Source: a virus. Taken from it: a stretch of 34,699 nucleotides of DNA. Of the stretch, positions 12,149 to 21,677 are shown piece by piece. The notes below the pieces were generated by a model. The model worked only from the letters and a program-made list of their open reading frames with translations, was not told the DNA's origin and made no database searches. Positions within the stretch are counted from its first letter, which is position 1, and every line of letters begins with the position of its first letter. The position numbers were made by a program, and so were the translations under genes. The stretch is taken from IMG/VR virus record IMGVR_UViG_3300018036_000002; one strand, given 5' to 3'.

Positions 12149-12428
12149 GAACCCCGTTAAGGCGGTTAAAGAAGTTATCTCAGCGGCTGGTGGGACACCA
12201 GACCAACCGGCCCCGGAAGCCCCGAAAGTCGCGGAGCCAACAAAGCCTGCGGTAAAGCCAAAGGAAGCAGTGAAGCCTACGCCATCAACCGGGGCGGTAT
12301 CCGGTCAATCAGCGGACGCTAGATCTAAAGCCGCACAACGCCGTGGCAGGCGGTCAAATATCATGACTGGATCGCGTGGCGTAAGCGGTAACGTGCAAAC
12401 CACTAAGAAGACATTGCTCGGAGGCTAG
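12120..12428 (+). CDS. Small Pro/Lys-rich basic hypothetical protein preceding the portal.
   Basis: GGAG SD. PDQPAPEAPKVAEPTKPAVKPKEAVKPTP linker, then SKAAQRRGRRSNIMTGSRGVSG...KKTLLGG. Confidence 0.55.
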   Translation: MSRVIRKVVRNPVKAVKEVISAAGGTPDQPAPEAPKVAEPTKPAVKPKEAVKPTPSTGAVSGQSADARSKAAQRRGRRSNIMTGSRGVSGNVQTTKKTLLGG

Positions 12429-12430
12429 TC

Positions 12431-14038
12431 ATGGATAATCCTCTTGCCCACCATATTTTGCGACAGCTAGGCTCTCTCCAAAGCCAGCGCGAAGTTTGGG
12501 AGTCACACTGGCAAGAGATTGCTGATTATGTGGTCCCCAGGAAGGCTGATGTCACGAAGAAGAGAACTTCTGGTGACAAGCGCACCGAGCTAATCTTTGA
12601 CTCTACCGCGATTCATGCCGCTGAATTATTATCTGCGTCTCTTCATGGGATGCTCACAAATGCATCAACTAAGTGGTTCTCTTTAAGATTCCGTGACAAA
12701 GAACTCAACGGAAACGACGAAGCAAAGGAATGGCTTGAGTCTGCTGAAGACACAATGTATGCGGCGTTTGCCCGCTCTAATTTCCAAGAACAGGTCCATG
12801 AGCTTTATCATGACTTGATCACATTTGGGACAGGCGTGATGTTTATTGCGTCTGACAAAGAGCAAACACTGCGTTTCCAGACTAGGCATTGCTCTGAAGT
12901 CTACCTATCTGAGGATGCGAATGGCCGAGTTGACACAGTGTTCCGTAAGTTCAAGATGCCCGCCAAAGCAGTCATCGAGCGATTTGGAGACGGGGTTAGC
13001 CAGAAAATTATAGACAAGGCGAAAGTAAACCCTTACGAAATGCTAACTCTGGTGCATGCGGTGTACCCCAGGTCTGACAGAGACCCTAAGTTACTGACAT
13101 CTCAGAACAAGCCTTTTGCGTCGGTTTATATTGACCCGGACTCCAAGGTGGTGCTGAGTGAGTCTGGCTTTGATGAGTTGCCTTATGTCGCGCCTCGCTT
13201 CTTGAAAGCATCGTTTGAGATTGGGTACGGTCGATCACCTGCAATGACGGCTCTCCCAGATATCAAAATGCTTAACAAGATGTCTGAAGTTACAATCCGC
13301 GCGGCCCAGAAACAGGTTGATCCACCGCTAATGGTCCCAGATGATGGATACATGTTGCCGATTCGGACTGTACCTGGGGGCCTAAACTTCTATCGCTCAG
13401 GCACTCGTGATCGGATTGAGCCTCTCAACACTGGCGCAAATACCCCGCTGGGCTTGAGCATGGAAGAACAACGCCGGAATGCAATCCGCTCTGCGTTTTA
13501 CGTGGACCAGCTAACTCTTTCACAAGGTCCGCAGATGACTGCGACAGAGGTCATCCAGAGAACCGAAGAGAAAATGCGGTTACTTGGGCCAGTTCTTGGG
13601 CGCTTGCAGGCAGAAATGTTGCAACCGATGATTCAACGGTGCTTCCAAATTATTGCGAAACAAAAACTGTTTAATGTCGCTCCGGACATTTTGCGTAACG
13701 TAGATATCGATATTGAGTATGTGTCGCCAATTGCCAAAGCGCAGAGGCAGGGAGACGTTCGCGACGCGCTACAACTCCTAGAGTTACTGTCTCCGTTAGC
13801 TCAACTAGACCAAAGTGTTATTGACTATGTTGACGCAGATGGTATGGCGAAATATCTGATGCAAACTTTGTCTGTCCCTGCGACAACTGTTCGCGGAGAA
13901 ACAGAAGTTGCACAGCGCAGAGAAGAGCGGAAGCAGATGGAACAGCAAATGATGGAACAGCAACAAATGATGGCTGAAGCGCAAGCGATGGGCCAAGCCG
14001 CTCCAGGCATGAAGCTTATACAAGGTGGCGCTGAGTGA
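12431..14038 (+). CDS. Portal (head-to-tail connector, T7 gp8-like).
   Basis: 535 aa, placed after the terminase genes. The N-terminus ...REVWESHWQEIADYVVPRK is typical of podovirus connector proteins. The C-terminal tail is Gln/Met/Glu-rich. GGAGG SD. Confidence 0.75.
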   Translation: MDNPLAHHILRQLGSLQSQREVWESHWQEIADYVVPRKADVTKKRTSGDKRTELIFDSTAIHAAELLSASLHGMLTNASTKWFSLRFRDKELNGNDEAKEWLESAEDTMYAAFARSNFQEQVHELYHDLITFGTGVMFIASDKEQTLRFQTRHCSEVYLSEDANGRVDTVFRKFKMPAKAVIERFGDGVSQKIIDKAKVNPYEMLTLVHAVYPRSDRDPKLLTSQNKPFASVYIDPDSKVVLSESGFDELPYVAPRFLKASFEIGYGRSPAMTALPDIKMLNKMSEVTIRAAQKQVDPPLMVPDDGYMLPIRTVPGGLNFYRSGTRDRIEPLNTGANTPLGLSMEEQRRNAIRSAFYVDQLTLSQGPQMTATEVIQRTEEKMRLLGPVLGRLQAEMLQPMIQRCFQIIAKQKLFNVAPDILRNVDIDIEYVSPIAKAQRQGDVRDALQLLELLSPLAQLDQSVIDYVDADGMAKYLMQTLSVPATTVRGETEVAQRREERKQMEQQMMEQQQMMAEAQAMGQAAPGMKLIQGGAE

Positions 14039-14289
14039 AAGAGCTTGAAGATCTTAGAAACAGTTATCGGTTAATTTTTGGCGCTAATGACGGGGAAACT
14101 GTTTTAGCAGACTTGCAAGCACGTTTTCATTGCCACTCCCCGTCATTTTCTCCAGACTCTCACGAAACAGCCTTTAGAGAAGGCCAGCGATCTGTCGTGC
14201 TGTTTATACAAAATATGCTGGTAAAACAAACACTTAATGGTCAATCATTAGAAGGATATCAAGACAATGTCGGAAGAACAGGTAGCTGA
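14035..14289 (+). CDS. Small conserved post-portal protein (Bbp19-like).
   Basis: LIFGANDGETVLADLQARF...FSPDSHETAFREGQRSVVLFIQNML resembles the small protein that follows the portal in BPP-1-like podoviruses. GTG start with AAGGTGG SD. Confidence 0.5.
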   Translation: MKELEDLRNSYRLIFGANDGETVLADLQARFHCHSPSFSPDSHETAFREGQRSVVLFIQNMLVKQTLNGQSLEGYQDNVGRTGS

Positions 14290-15076
14290 AGTCCCTGAAG
14301 AAGGGGTAGCTCAGTCTGTCGAGACTGGGGATTGGAGATCATCCATTCCAGAAGAAATTCGCGAGCATCGTTCGTTATCTACGATCCCGGATGTTGGTGC
14401 GCTTGCAAAATCATATGTGCATGCACAGCAAATGATCGGAGCAGATAAGGTTGTCATACCTAGCGAAGGCGCAAGCGATGAGCAATGGAATGAATTTTTC
14501 GCAAAGGTTGGCAGGCCTGCTGACCCTGATGGATATCAAATCCAGGCATCGGACGGCGATATCCCGGAAATGGTTGATTGGTATAGAAAAACTGCGCATG
14601 AGCTTGGGTTAAATGACCGGCAGGCTACGGAGTTGTTTGCTCGATACAGCGAGTTTGCGCAGAGCATGAATGCTTCTGGCGAAGTTAACCGAGAGCAATT
14701 CATTGCCCAGGCGGAAGCGGATCTTCGAGCGGAGTTTGGTCCAGCTTTTGACGAGCGACTAGATAATGGCCGGGCAATTGTGGAGCAATTCTCTGATCCA
14801 GGAATTATGGAAATGCAGATGGCCGACGGCACTTTGCTGGGAGATAACCCTGAATTTATCCGGATGGTTATGCACGTTGGAGAGTTTATTTCTTCCAGGA
14901 TGGGCGAAGACCAGCTTGAAGGAATGAAGGTATCTAATGCCATGACTGTGCAAGATGCGCAGGAAGAACTTGCGAAGATAAGGAGAGAAGGTTCTCCTTT
15001 CTGGAAGAGCAACGACCCAGAGCATGATGCTTATGTGCGTCGAGGCCTGGAACTGCAAGAGATGATTCATGGATGA
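14267..15076 (+). CDS. Scaffolding protein.
   Basis: Acidic 269-aa protein between portal and capsid. It has the typical motif SL..IPDVGALAKSYVHAQQMIG...IP..GASDEQWNEFFAKVGRPADPDGY. Confidence 0.65.
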   Translation: MSEEQVAEVPEEGVAQSVETGDWRSSIPEEIREHRSLSTIPDVGALAKSYVHAQQMIGADKVVIPSEGASDEQWNEFFAKVGRPADPDGYQIQASDGDIPEMVDWYRKTAHELGLNDRQATELFARYSEFAQSMNASGEVNREQFIAQAEADLRAEFGPAFDERLDNGRAIVEQFSDPGIMEMQMADGTLLGDNPEFIRMVMHVGEFISSRMGEDQLEGMKVSNAMTVQDAQEELAKIRREGSPFWKSNDPEHDAYVRRGLELQEMIHG

Positions 15077-15257
15077 TAGAGAGTTTAAACTTGAAGTTTT
15101 ACGGGTTACACTAAGTTATAGCTCTATGAGCCAACAAAGGAATATCCTTGAAGAGGCTCAGAAAAACCTTGACTGGTGCTGTGCTCCGATTGACAAGCCA
15201 GTGGCCCGATCGGCTAAAGCACTAGCTAAGAGTGAGTTGAATCAGGATAAGCGTTAA
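15069..15257 (+). CDS. Small hypothetical ORF (62 aa).
   Basis: ORF overlaps the scaffold stop. The SD is weak. Confidence 0.3.
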   Translation: MDDREFKLEVLRVTLSYSSMSQQRNILEEAQKNLDWCCAPIDKPVARSAKALAKSELNQDKR

Positions 15258-15357
15258 GCCCCTGTCGGAAGCAGAATCCGGAATCTGCACGTTATCGTCC
15301 CGTGGTACGGGGTAGCGAGTTGATTATTATTTTTTGCAACTGAATAGGAGAGACGCT

Positions 15358-16221
15358 ATGTCTAACCAAATCACTACTGCATTCGTGCAACAGTTCAGCA
15401 GTAACGTACAACTGCTGTCCCAACAGCGCGGGTCTATCCTGCGTGGGGCTGTCTCTGAAGAATCAGTGACAGGTGAAAAAGCTTTCTTTGATCAGATTGG
15501 TGCATCTGCGGCTGTGAAGCGTACTTCACGCCACGGCGACACTCCGATCGTTGAGACTCCACATTCACGCCGTATGGTCACTATGGACTCATACGAGTGG
15601 GCGGATCTCATCGATGACGCTGACAAAGTTCGCATGCTGATCGATCCTACGTCTACCTACGCGCAAGCGGCGGCGGCGGCGATGGGACGCGCAATGGATG
15701 ATGCAATCATCGACGCGGCCATTGGTACTGCTAAGACAGGTAAGACTGGGGCAACAAGCCAGGCAATGCTTTCTGGGCATCAAATTGCAAACGGCGGGGC
15801 TGACCTGTCTCTTGCAAAACTCATTGAGACAAAGAAGATTTTGGATTTGGCTTCTGTCGATCCATCAATTCAGCGTCACATTGTTGTTGGTCCAGACCAA
15901 ATCGAAGCGTTGTTGAACAGCACAACGGTAACAAGCTCTGATTACAATACAGTCAAGGCTTTGGTCCAAGGTGAGATTAATACCTTCCTGGGCTTCCGTT
16001 TCCACGTGTCTACTCGTCTTGCAAAAGCTGGGAACATTCGTTCTTGCTTTGCATTCGCAGAAGATGGAATCAAGCTAGCTGTCGGCAAAGACGTTGTGTC
16101 TCGCATCGATGAGCGTTCTGACAAGTCTTACTCTACGCAGGTTTACTACTGCGCTACATTCGGGGCGACTCGCATGGAAGAAGAGAAAGTTGTTCAGATT
16201 GACTGTGATGAATCAGCATAA
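15358..16221 (+). CDS. Major capsid protein (HK97-fold type).
   Basis: ATG 15358 has an AGGAGA SD, and the track ORF starts 24 nt earlier. The 287-aa protein follows the scaffold and shows strong codon bias. It is followed by a decoration-like gene and a terminator. Confidence 0.75.
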   Translation: MSNQITTAFVQQFSSNVQLLSQQRGSILRGAVSEESVTGEKAFFDQIGASAAVKRTSRHGDTPIVETPHSRRMVTMDSYEWADLIDDADKVRMLIDPTSTYAQAAAAAMGRAMDDAIIDAAIGTAKTGKTGATSQAMLSGHQIANGGADLSLAKLIETKKILDLASVDPSIQRHIVVGPDQIEALLNSTTVTSSDYNTVKALVQGEINTFLGFRFHVSTRLAKAGNIRSCFAFAEDGIKLAVGKDVVSRIDERSDKSYSTQVYYCATFGATRMEEEKVVQIDCDESA

Positions 16222-16234
16222 GGAGATATGAATC

Positions 16235-16711
16235 ATGGCGACTGTATATTCTAATGTTCGCACGAACCTTACTCAGAACGACCCATCTGAGTTCGTACAA
16301 GCCAATCAGCTTGGTGGCGTAATGCGTGTAGCCCACGCAGAATACGAAGCTTCTGCTTTGGCTAGCGGGGATGACATCGAGATGTTTGCTCTGCCAAACG
16401 GTGCTCGCATCTTACATGGCAAGTTATGCCATGATGCAATGGGCGCAGGCACAACCTTGTCTGTAGGCCATGCGGCTTACGTCAACTCAGCCGGGACTAC
16501 TGTCGCGGCAGATGTTGATGAGTACAAGGCGGCGGCGGCTTCAACTGGAGGGCAGTGTGTTGAGGTAGCCAATACTTTGGCTCTTGGCGCTGGCTCTGAG
16601 GTTGACCTCGATGGCGAAGATGCTGACAACTCATTCGTTGTGACAGTAACAATGGGTGGTGCCGCAGGCACCGGCACTGTTGCGCTCACAATGTACTATG
16701 TTGTTGACTAA
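16235..16711 (+). CDS. Putative head decoration/auxiliary capsid protein.
   Basis: GGAG SD. A 158-aa Ala/Gly-rich beta-type protein immediately after the capsid gene. Confidence 0.45.
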   Translation: MATVYSNVRTNLTQNDPSEFVQANQLGGVMRVAHAEYEASALASGDDIEMFALPNGARILHGKLCHDAMGAGTTLSVGHAAYVNSAGTTVAADVDEYKAAAASTGGQCVEVANTLALGAGSEVDLDGEDADNSFVVTVTMGGAAGTGTVALTMYYVVD

Positions 16712-16719
16712 ATGAGTCT

Positions 16720-16744
16720 GGGGGCGGCAACGCCCCCTTCTCTT
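16720..16744 (+). terminator. Rho-independent terminator after the capsid genes.
   Basis: GGGGGCG-gcaa-CGCCCCC followed by ttctctt. Confidence 0.7.
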
Positions 16745-16757
16745 AAAAGGAGGTTGC

Positions 16758-17339
16758 ATGGCAACTCAAGTTGAGATTTGCAATAGCGCATTGACTCAGA
16801 TTGGCGCAACCACTATCGCTTCTCTTACAGAGAACAGTAAGAACGCTGAAGTCTGTAACCAACGGTATCATTCTATTAAGCATGCCGTTTTAAGATCGCA
16901 CCCCTGGAATTTCGCAGTAACTAGAGTTTCGCTCTCTCCTACTGGAGCAACCCCTGCATTTGGCTTTGCAAGTGAGTTTGCTCTCCCTCGCAACTGCCTC
17001 CGCGTTTTAAACCTAAGTAAGCTAGATATCCCTCATAGGGTCGAGAAAGACAAGATCCTGTGTGATGAGGGGACCTTAGAGATTATGTATGTCGCAGATG
17101 TTTCAGAGAACATGTTCGACGGCCTATTTGAAGAAGCCTTGATTGCTAAGATCGCGGCAGATATTTGCTACCCCATTGTAGGTAGCGTCAATCTTGCGGA
17201 TTACTTCCGGTCTGTTTACGAAGAGAAACTGAAAGAAGCCAGGTTTGTTGATGCTACCGAAGGCACTCCGGCGAGCATTGATAGTGTTTCTGCGGCAGGC
17301 TCACTAGAGGCAGACGTATTTATTAGATCGAGGTTCTGA
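16758..17339 (+). CDS. Head-tail adaptor / tail tubular protein A-like (T7 gp11-like).
   Basis: AGGAGG SD. The N-terminus ICNSALTQIGATTIASL...HPWNFA is typical of podovirus adaptor proteins. It lies directly upstream of the nozzle gene. Confidence 0.5.
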   Translation: MATQVEICNSALTQIGATTIASLTENSKNAEVCNQRYHSIKHAVLRSHPWNFAVTRVSLSPTGATPAFGFASEFALPRNCLRVLNLSKLDIPHRVEKDKILCDEGTLEIMYVADVSENMFDGLFEEALIAKIAADICYPIVGSVNLADYFRSVYEEKLKEARFVDATEGTPASIDSVSAAGSLEADVFIRSRF

Positions 17340-20300
17340 TGGCTAAAGCGAGTCCTATCCAGACTAACTTCACAGCGGGCGAGCTTTCTCCGCGACTAGA
17401 TGGGCGGACCGATGTAGCTAAGTATGACAACGGCTGTAAGACGCTTGAGAACATGTTGGTCCATCCACAGGGCGGCGCAACACGTAGACCTGGAACAAAG
17501 TTCATTGGCGAAGTTCAAGATTCGTCTAAAGATCATCGGCTAATCCCTTTTGAGTTTAATGTTGATCAAACTTATGCCGTTGAGTTTGGGGAAAAGAAGG
17601 CTCGGTTTGTAACTAACGACGGGTTCCTTGTTGAGACTAAGCAGGTGTATGACACAGATGCGCTCCCTTCTGTTGGGTTCGGAGTTGTTGATAGCTCGGT
17701 TTCTGATGTTCGGATTATCTGGGATGATGATGGCGAGAACGTCTTTTTCTACAAAACTACCGAGGAGAAAACGGGTAGCACTCATACGTTGGAAATTGTT
17801 GTTCGTCAGTACGAAACTGTAGGATTTTCACTATTTGGCGCCAAGCTCAAGGCAGAAAAAACTTTTAATTTACCGGACAGGTACTCTTCTAATGTTCCAG
17901 AGGGCGAGAGACGTTTTCACTGTGGTATCGGGTTCATTGATGGCAACAGGCCCGCTGACAAACACTTTTACGTGTGGGATGGGATACCAGACGCTGACAT
18001 CACAGCGCAAAGTACGTCGCACACAGATTGCAATATTTGGGTTGATTACAACACTGGTTATGACATATCGGGTGTTGATGAGGATTTGACAGCCGCAACA
18101 TGGTTTAATTATGAGTTAGGTGCCAGCCAAACAACTAACCGTTATCCGATCCCTATCTCAGGGCTTGCGTTTACCCCGCATTTTAAATCGGTGATTCCTG
18201 GGCAAGAATACAATGAGTCAACCCAAAGCTGGGCCTCAAGTAAATTTTATCGGATGAATGACTATAACAACATAGACAATGTTGTTGTGCATTTACAAGA
18301 TGATGATGGTGAACATGGAAGACTGCACGTAATTGTCAGCAACTTGATTGAGGCTGGACAGACAGTTAACTCTATCGTTACCGCCGGAGGCTATTTGATT
18401 CACATAAACACGTGGAATTCCTCAAGTGGCGGGCCAGACTTTTCAAAAGATTGCTTTACTGAATTTCCATATTCCAATGTTACCAATGATAATTACACCT
18501 TTTCTGAAGATCCATTTGAAGATTTAATCACTGATCCAGGATTCATTACGGGGCTTCAAGTTGTTGCAGGGAATAATTACTGGCTAGCCGACGCCAATGG
18601 CAACTACGCGCATACCGCTGATTTTGTCGATGCTGGAAGTGGTTACAATACTGATGGCACCCGGTACATATCTTCTCAAGACCCAAGTCTTTTGGATTTG
18701 CCTCGGCATATGCAGAACCCGTCTTACATGTTTATTACTACGCATCTTTCTGAGGATGGGAAGCGGGTTGCGCTTGTGACTGGAACTATGACTTTCAGTT
18801 ATTTTTCGGGGACTAACAACACATCCGCATGGGTTTTTGGTCCGATTGCTGGTTCCGATGACACTACATTTAAGACTGTTCAGTATGCGGCCTTTGCTCT
18901 TTCTGAGTTAGAAGATCTTGCCTCTCCATCTGCGACAAGCGATTGGGGCTGTATAGGTTCTTGGATGCAGGCAGATGGCAAAAGGATGTGGTTCAACGAC
19001 GGCAGTGTGTCGTCAACTGTATCAAATGTAGCAACCTCAATCCCTTTAAAGTACCCATATCATGTCCTGAAGATTGAGGAGTCTGTAATCCCATCTGGCG
19101 CCTCGGGGCTTGAAGTTGATTTCTATGCAGGAACTGACACCATCCCTGGGGGTTCTGGCAGTTATACCTGGGGCTTTGATTTTGAAAATGCAGTTTTGCA
19201 ATCGTCAAATCCTCTTGCCATTCCGACGCCTTTTTCTGAATCTCAACTTTCTGGTCTTAGGTACGCGCAATCTGCTGACGTATTATTTCTTGCGCATCCG
19301 GATGTCCCTCCGCAGGATCTTGTCCGTTACGGGGCGACTCTGTTTTCTTGCCAGCCAACTGTATTTACAAGAGGCCCAATGCAAGATGTGGTCTTTGATG
19401 GGACTACACTAACTGCTAGCGGTCGATCGGGATCTGTCACGATTACAGCTTCTGATGGGGTGTTCCGTACAACTGATGTTGATCGACTTGTCAAATTACA
19501 CGACGGGTACGCAAAGATAACAGCGTTCACATCCGGGACCTCAGTAACGGCAACTGTCATCGAGAATGAAGATGGCCGGACAGAGCTTATGCCGTCTTAC
19601 ACTGCGACGACAATTTCTGCGGTGGAGGGAGATCCCAGCGGGACTGGTCTTTCGCATAACGATCGGTTTGAGGATAGTGCCGGTAAGTTTATTGAAAGGG
19701 GCTTCAAAGAAGGCATGCGCATATCCGTAACCGGGTTTACATCGCATGCCAATAATAATGAGGTAGGTGCCTTAATTGTAAGCGTTACTGACGATACAAT
19801 TCTGATAGCACCTGCGGGAGATTTGACAACCGAAGCGGCTGGAGATTCTGTAACGATCGTTGGCGATCTTGAAGCTGATGATGAGTACCGGCTTGGCGCT
19901 TTTTCGGAGACCAGCGGATACCCGTCAGTTATTACTTTGTACGAACAACGATTAATTCTTGGGAATACTCTTGAGCAACCGCAAACACTGTTCTTCTCAT
20001 CGGCTGGCTTGTTTACAGACTTTACGCCAGGTATTGATGCGACTGATGCGATTACCTACACACTTAGTAGTAACCAGGTCAACGTCATCCAGTATCTTGT
20101 TGGAGCGAGACTGCTAGTTGTTGGGACAAGTGGTGGTGAGTTTTCTGTAAGTTCCGGCGGTACAAGCGAACCCTTAACGCCAACTAACGTGCAAATTCGG
20201 CGGCAGTCTAACTATGGCGGGTCTGATGTTCAGCCTTTTGCAATTGGGTCTGCGGTCTTATTTGTGCAGAGAGCCGAAAGAAAGCTCAGAGAATTAGTTT

Positions 20301-21166
20301 ATGACTTCGACACGGACAGTTATTTTGCTCCTGACTTAACTCTATTGTCGGAACACTTAACCGAAGGCCTGATCAAAGAGATAGCCTGGCAACAAGAGCC
20401 AGACGGAATCTTGTGGGCGCGACTTGCTGACGGGTCTTTGATTGGTCTCACGTATCGTCGAGAGGAAGAAGTGATTGCCTGGCATAGGCACGATGTTGGA
20501 GGCTCGGGATTTGTTGAAAGTTTAATTTCTTTGCCGTCTCGGACTGGTGAAGATGAGCTTTATATGATTGTTAAAAGAACGATCAACAGTGTAACCAAGC
20601 GTTACATTGAAAGACTTTCCGAAATCGATAACATTTCTTCGGTTACTGATCCCAAGTTCTTAGATTCGCATCTGACTTATAGTGGGGCGGCTGTTAGCTC
20701 TCTATCAGGGCTTGACCACCTTGAAGGAGAAACCGTGTCGATCCTCGCCAATGGAGCAAAGCATGCAGACAAGACTGTATCTAGCGGTAGCATCTCGTTA
20801 GACGTAAACGCTACAAATGTAGTTGTTGGCTACAAATATTCGTCAACGCTTGAAACAATGCGGATTGATGCAGGCGGTACGGAAGGGACCAGCCAGGGCA
20901 AAACAAAACGTATTAGAGGGGTGACCGCAAGGTTCTTGGAAACGTCTGGTGCGCAGATTGGGCCGGACACCAGTAACTTAAAACCAATTGCTTTTGCCGA
21001 GCCTGGCGCTTCAGCTACGACAGCAATTCCGCTGTATAATGGCGACAAATATATCGAGTTCAGCGGCAATTACGAAACGGATGGGTTCATTGTTGTTAAG
21101 CAAGATGACCCTTTACCAATGACAGTATTGGCTTTGATGCCATTACTCCAAACTTTCGATAGGTAG
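17339..21166 (+). CDS. Tail tubular protein B / nozzle-like protein carrying a large internal insertion (1275 aa).
   Basis: The N-terminus FTAGELSPRLDGRTDVAKYDNGCKTLENMLVHPQGGATRRPGTKF and the later segment LRYAQSADVLFLAHPDVPPQDL match podovirus nozzle motifs. About 530 aa between them have no counterpart that I recognise. Confidence 0.55.
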   Translation: MAKASPIQTNFTAGELSPRLDGRTDVAKYDNGCKTLENMLVHPQGGATRRPGTKFIGEVQDSSKDHRLIPFEFNVDQTYAVEFGEKKARFVTNDGFLVETKQVYDTDALPSVGFGVVDSSVSDVRIIWDDDGENVFFYKTTEEKTGSTHTLEIVVRQYETVGFSLFGAKLKAEKTFNLPDRYSSNVPEGERRFHCGIGFIDGNRPADKHFYVWDGIPDADITAQSTSHTDCNIWVDYNTGYDISGVDEDLTAATWFNYELGASQTTNRYPIPISGLAFTPHFKSVIPGQEYNESTQSWASSKFYRMNDYNNIDNVVVHLQDDDGEHGRLHVIVSNLIEAGQTVNSIVTAGGYLIHINTWNSSSGGPDFSKDCFTEFPYSNVTNDNYTFSEDPFEDLITDPGFITGLQVVAGNNYWLADANGNYAHTADFVDAGSGYNTDGTRYISSQDPSLLDLPRHMQNPSYMFITTHLSEDGKRVALVTGTMTFSYFSGTNNTSAWVFGPIAGSDDTTFKTVQYAAFALSELEDLASPSATSDWGCIGSWMQADGKRMWFNDGSVSSTVSNVATSIPLKYPYHVLKIEESVIPSGASGLEVDFYAGTDTIPGGSGSYTWGFDFENAVLQSSNPLAIPTPFSESQLSGLRYAQSADVLFLAHPDVPPQDLVRYGATLFSCQPTVFTRGPMQDVVFDGTTLTASGRSGSVTITASDGVFRTTDVDRLVKLHDGYAKITAFTSGTSVTATVIENEDGRTELMPSYTATTISAVEGDPSGTGLSHNDRFEDSAGKFIERGFKEGMRISVTGFTSHANNNEVGALIVSVTDDTILIAPAGDLTTEAAGDSVTIVGDLEADDEYRLGAFSETSGYPSVITLYEQRLILGNTLEQPQTLFFSSAGLFTDFTPGIDATDAITYTLSSNQVNVIQYLVGARLLVVGTSGGEFSVSSGGTSEPLTPTNVQIRRQSNYGGSDVQPFAIGSAVLFVQRAERKLRELVYDFDTDSYFAPDLTLLSEHLTEGLIKEIAWQQEPDGILWARLADGSLIGLTYRREEEVIAWHRHDVGGSGFVESLISLPSRTGEDELYMIVKRTINSVTKRYIERLSEIDNISSVTDPKFLDSHLTYSGAAVSSLSGLDHLEGETVSILANGAKHADKTVSSGSISLDVNATNVVVGYKYSSTLETMRIDAGGTEGTSQGKTKRIRGVTARFLETSGAQIGPDTSNLKPIAFAEPGASATTAIPLYNGDKYIEFSGNYETDGFIVVKQDDPLPMTVLALMPLLQTFDR

Positions 21167-21169
21167 GAT

Positions 21170-21658
21170 ATGTCAGCAACAGGCACTGGAATGATGTTAG
21201 CGGGTATGGCTTTAAGCTATGCCGGTTCTCAAGCGGCGGCTGAAGCACAAGAGGTCGCTGGACGCTGGAACAAACAAGTTGCAGAGCGTAATGCATCGTT
21301 ACTAAGAACTGCGGCAGAAGATCTCCTGCTTGAGAGTAAACTCGATATTCTAAATTTCCAGACTCAGTATCGAAAATTTGAAAAAGAAACAGAGTCGGCA
21401 ATCATGAAGTCTGGGTTCGACGCTTATAGCGGGACCGGGCTTGAGATACTTCTTGCGAACGCTGATCAGGCAGACGAAGAAATACGAAGGATCGATTATG
21501 CTTCACGCGCTCGTGCTCGTGACATTAGAGAGCAGGCAACAGGTGTAAGCCTTAAAGGCGATATTGCTATGTTTGAAGCAAAAGCGTCGGCCAATGCTAC
21601 TAGGACAGAAGCGATGGCAACGCTCTTGTCTCAAGGTGGCAAGATGATTCCCGCTTAA
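21170..21658 (+). CDS. Internal virion protein (small, with an N-terminal hydrophobic segment).
   Basis: MSATGTGMMLAGMALSYAGSQAAA followed by a coiled-coil-like region. It occupies the position of the T7 gp13/14 analogues. Confidence 0.45.
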   Translation: MSATGTGMMLAGMALSYAGSQAAAEAQEVAGRWNKQVAERNASLLRTAAEDLLLESKLDILNFQTQYRKFEKETESAIMKSGFDAYSGTGLEILLANADQADEEIRRIDYASRARARDIREQATGVSLKGDIAMFEAKASANATRTEAMATLLSQGGKMIPA

Positions 21659-21677
21659 TTAGGAGAGGCTGGTTACC

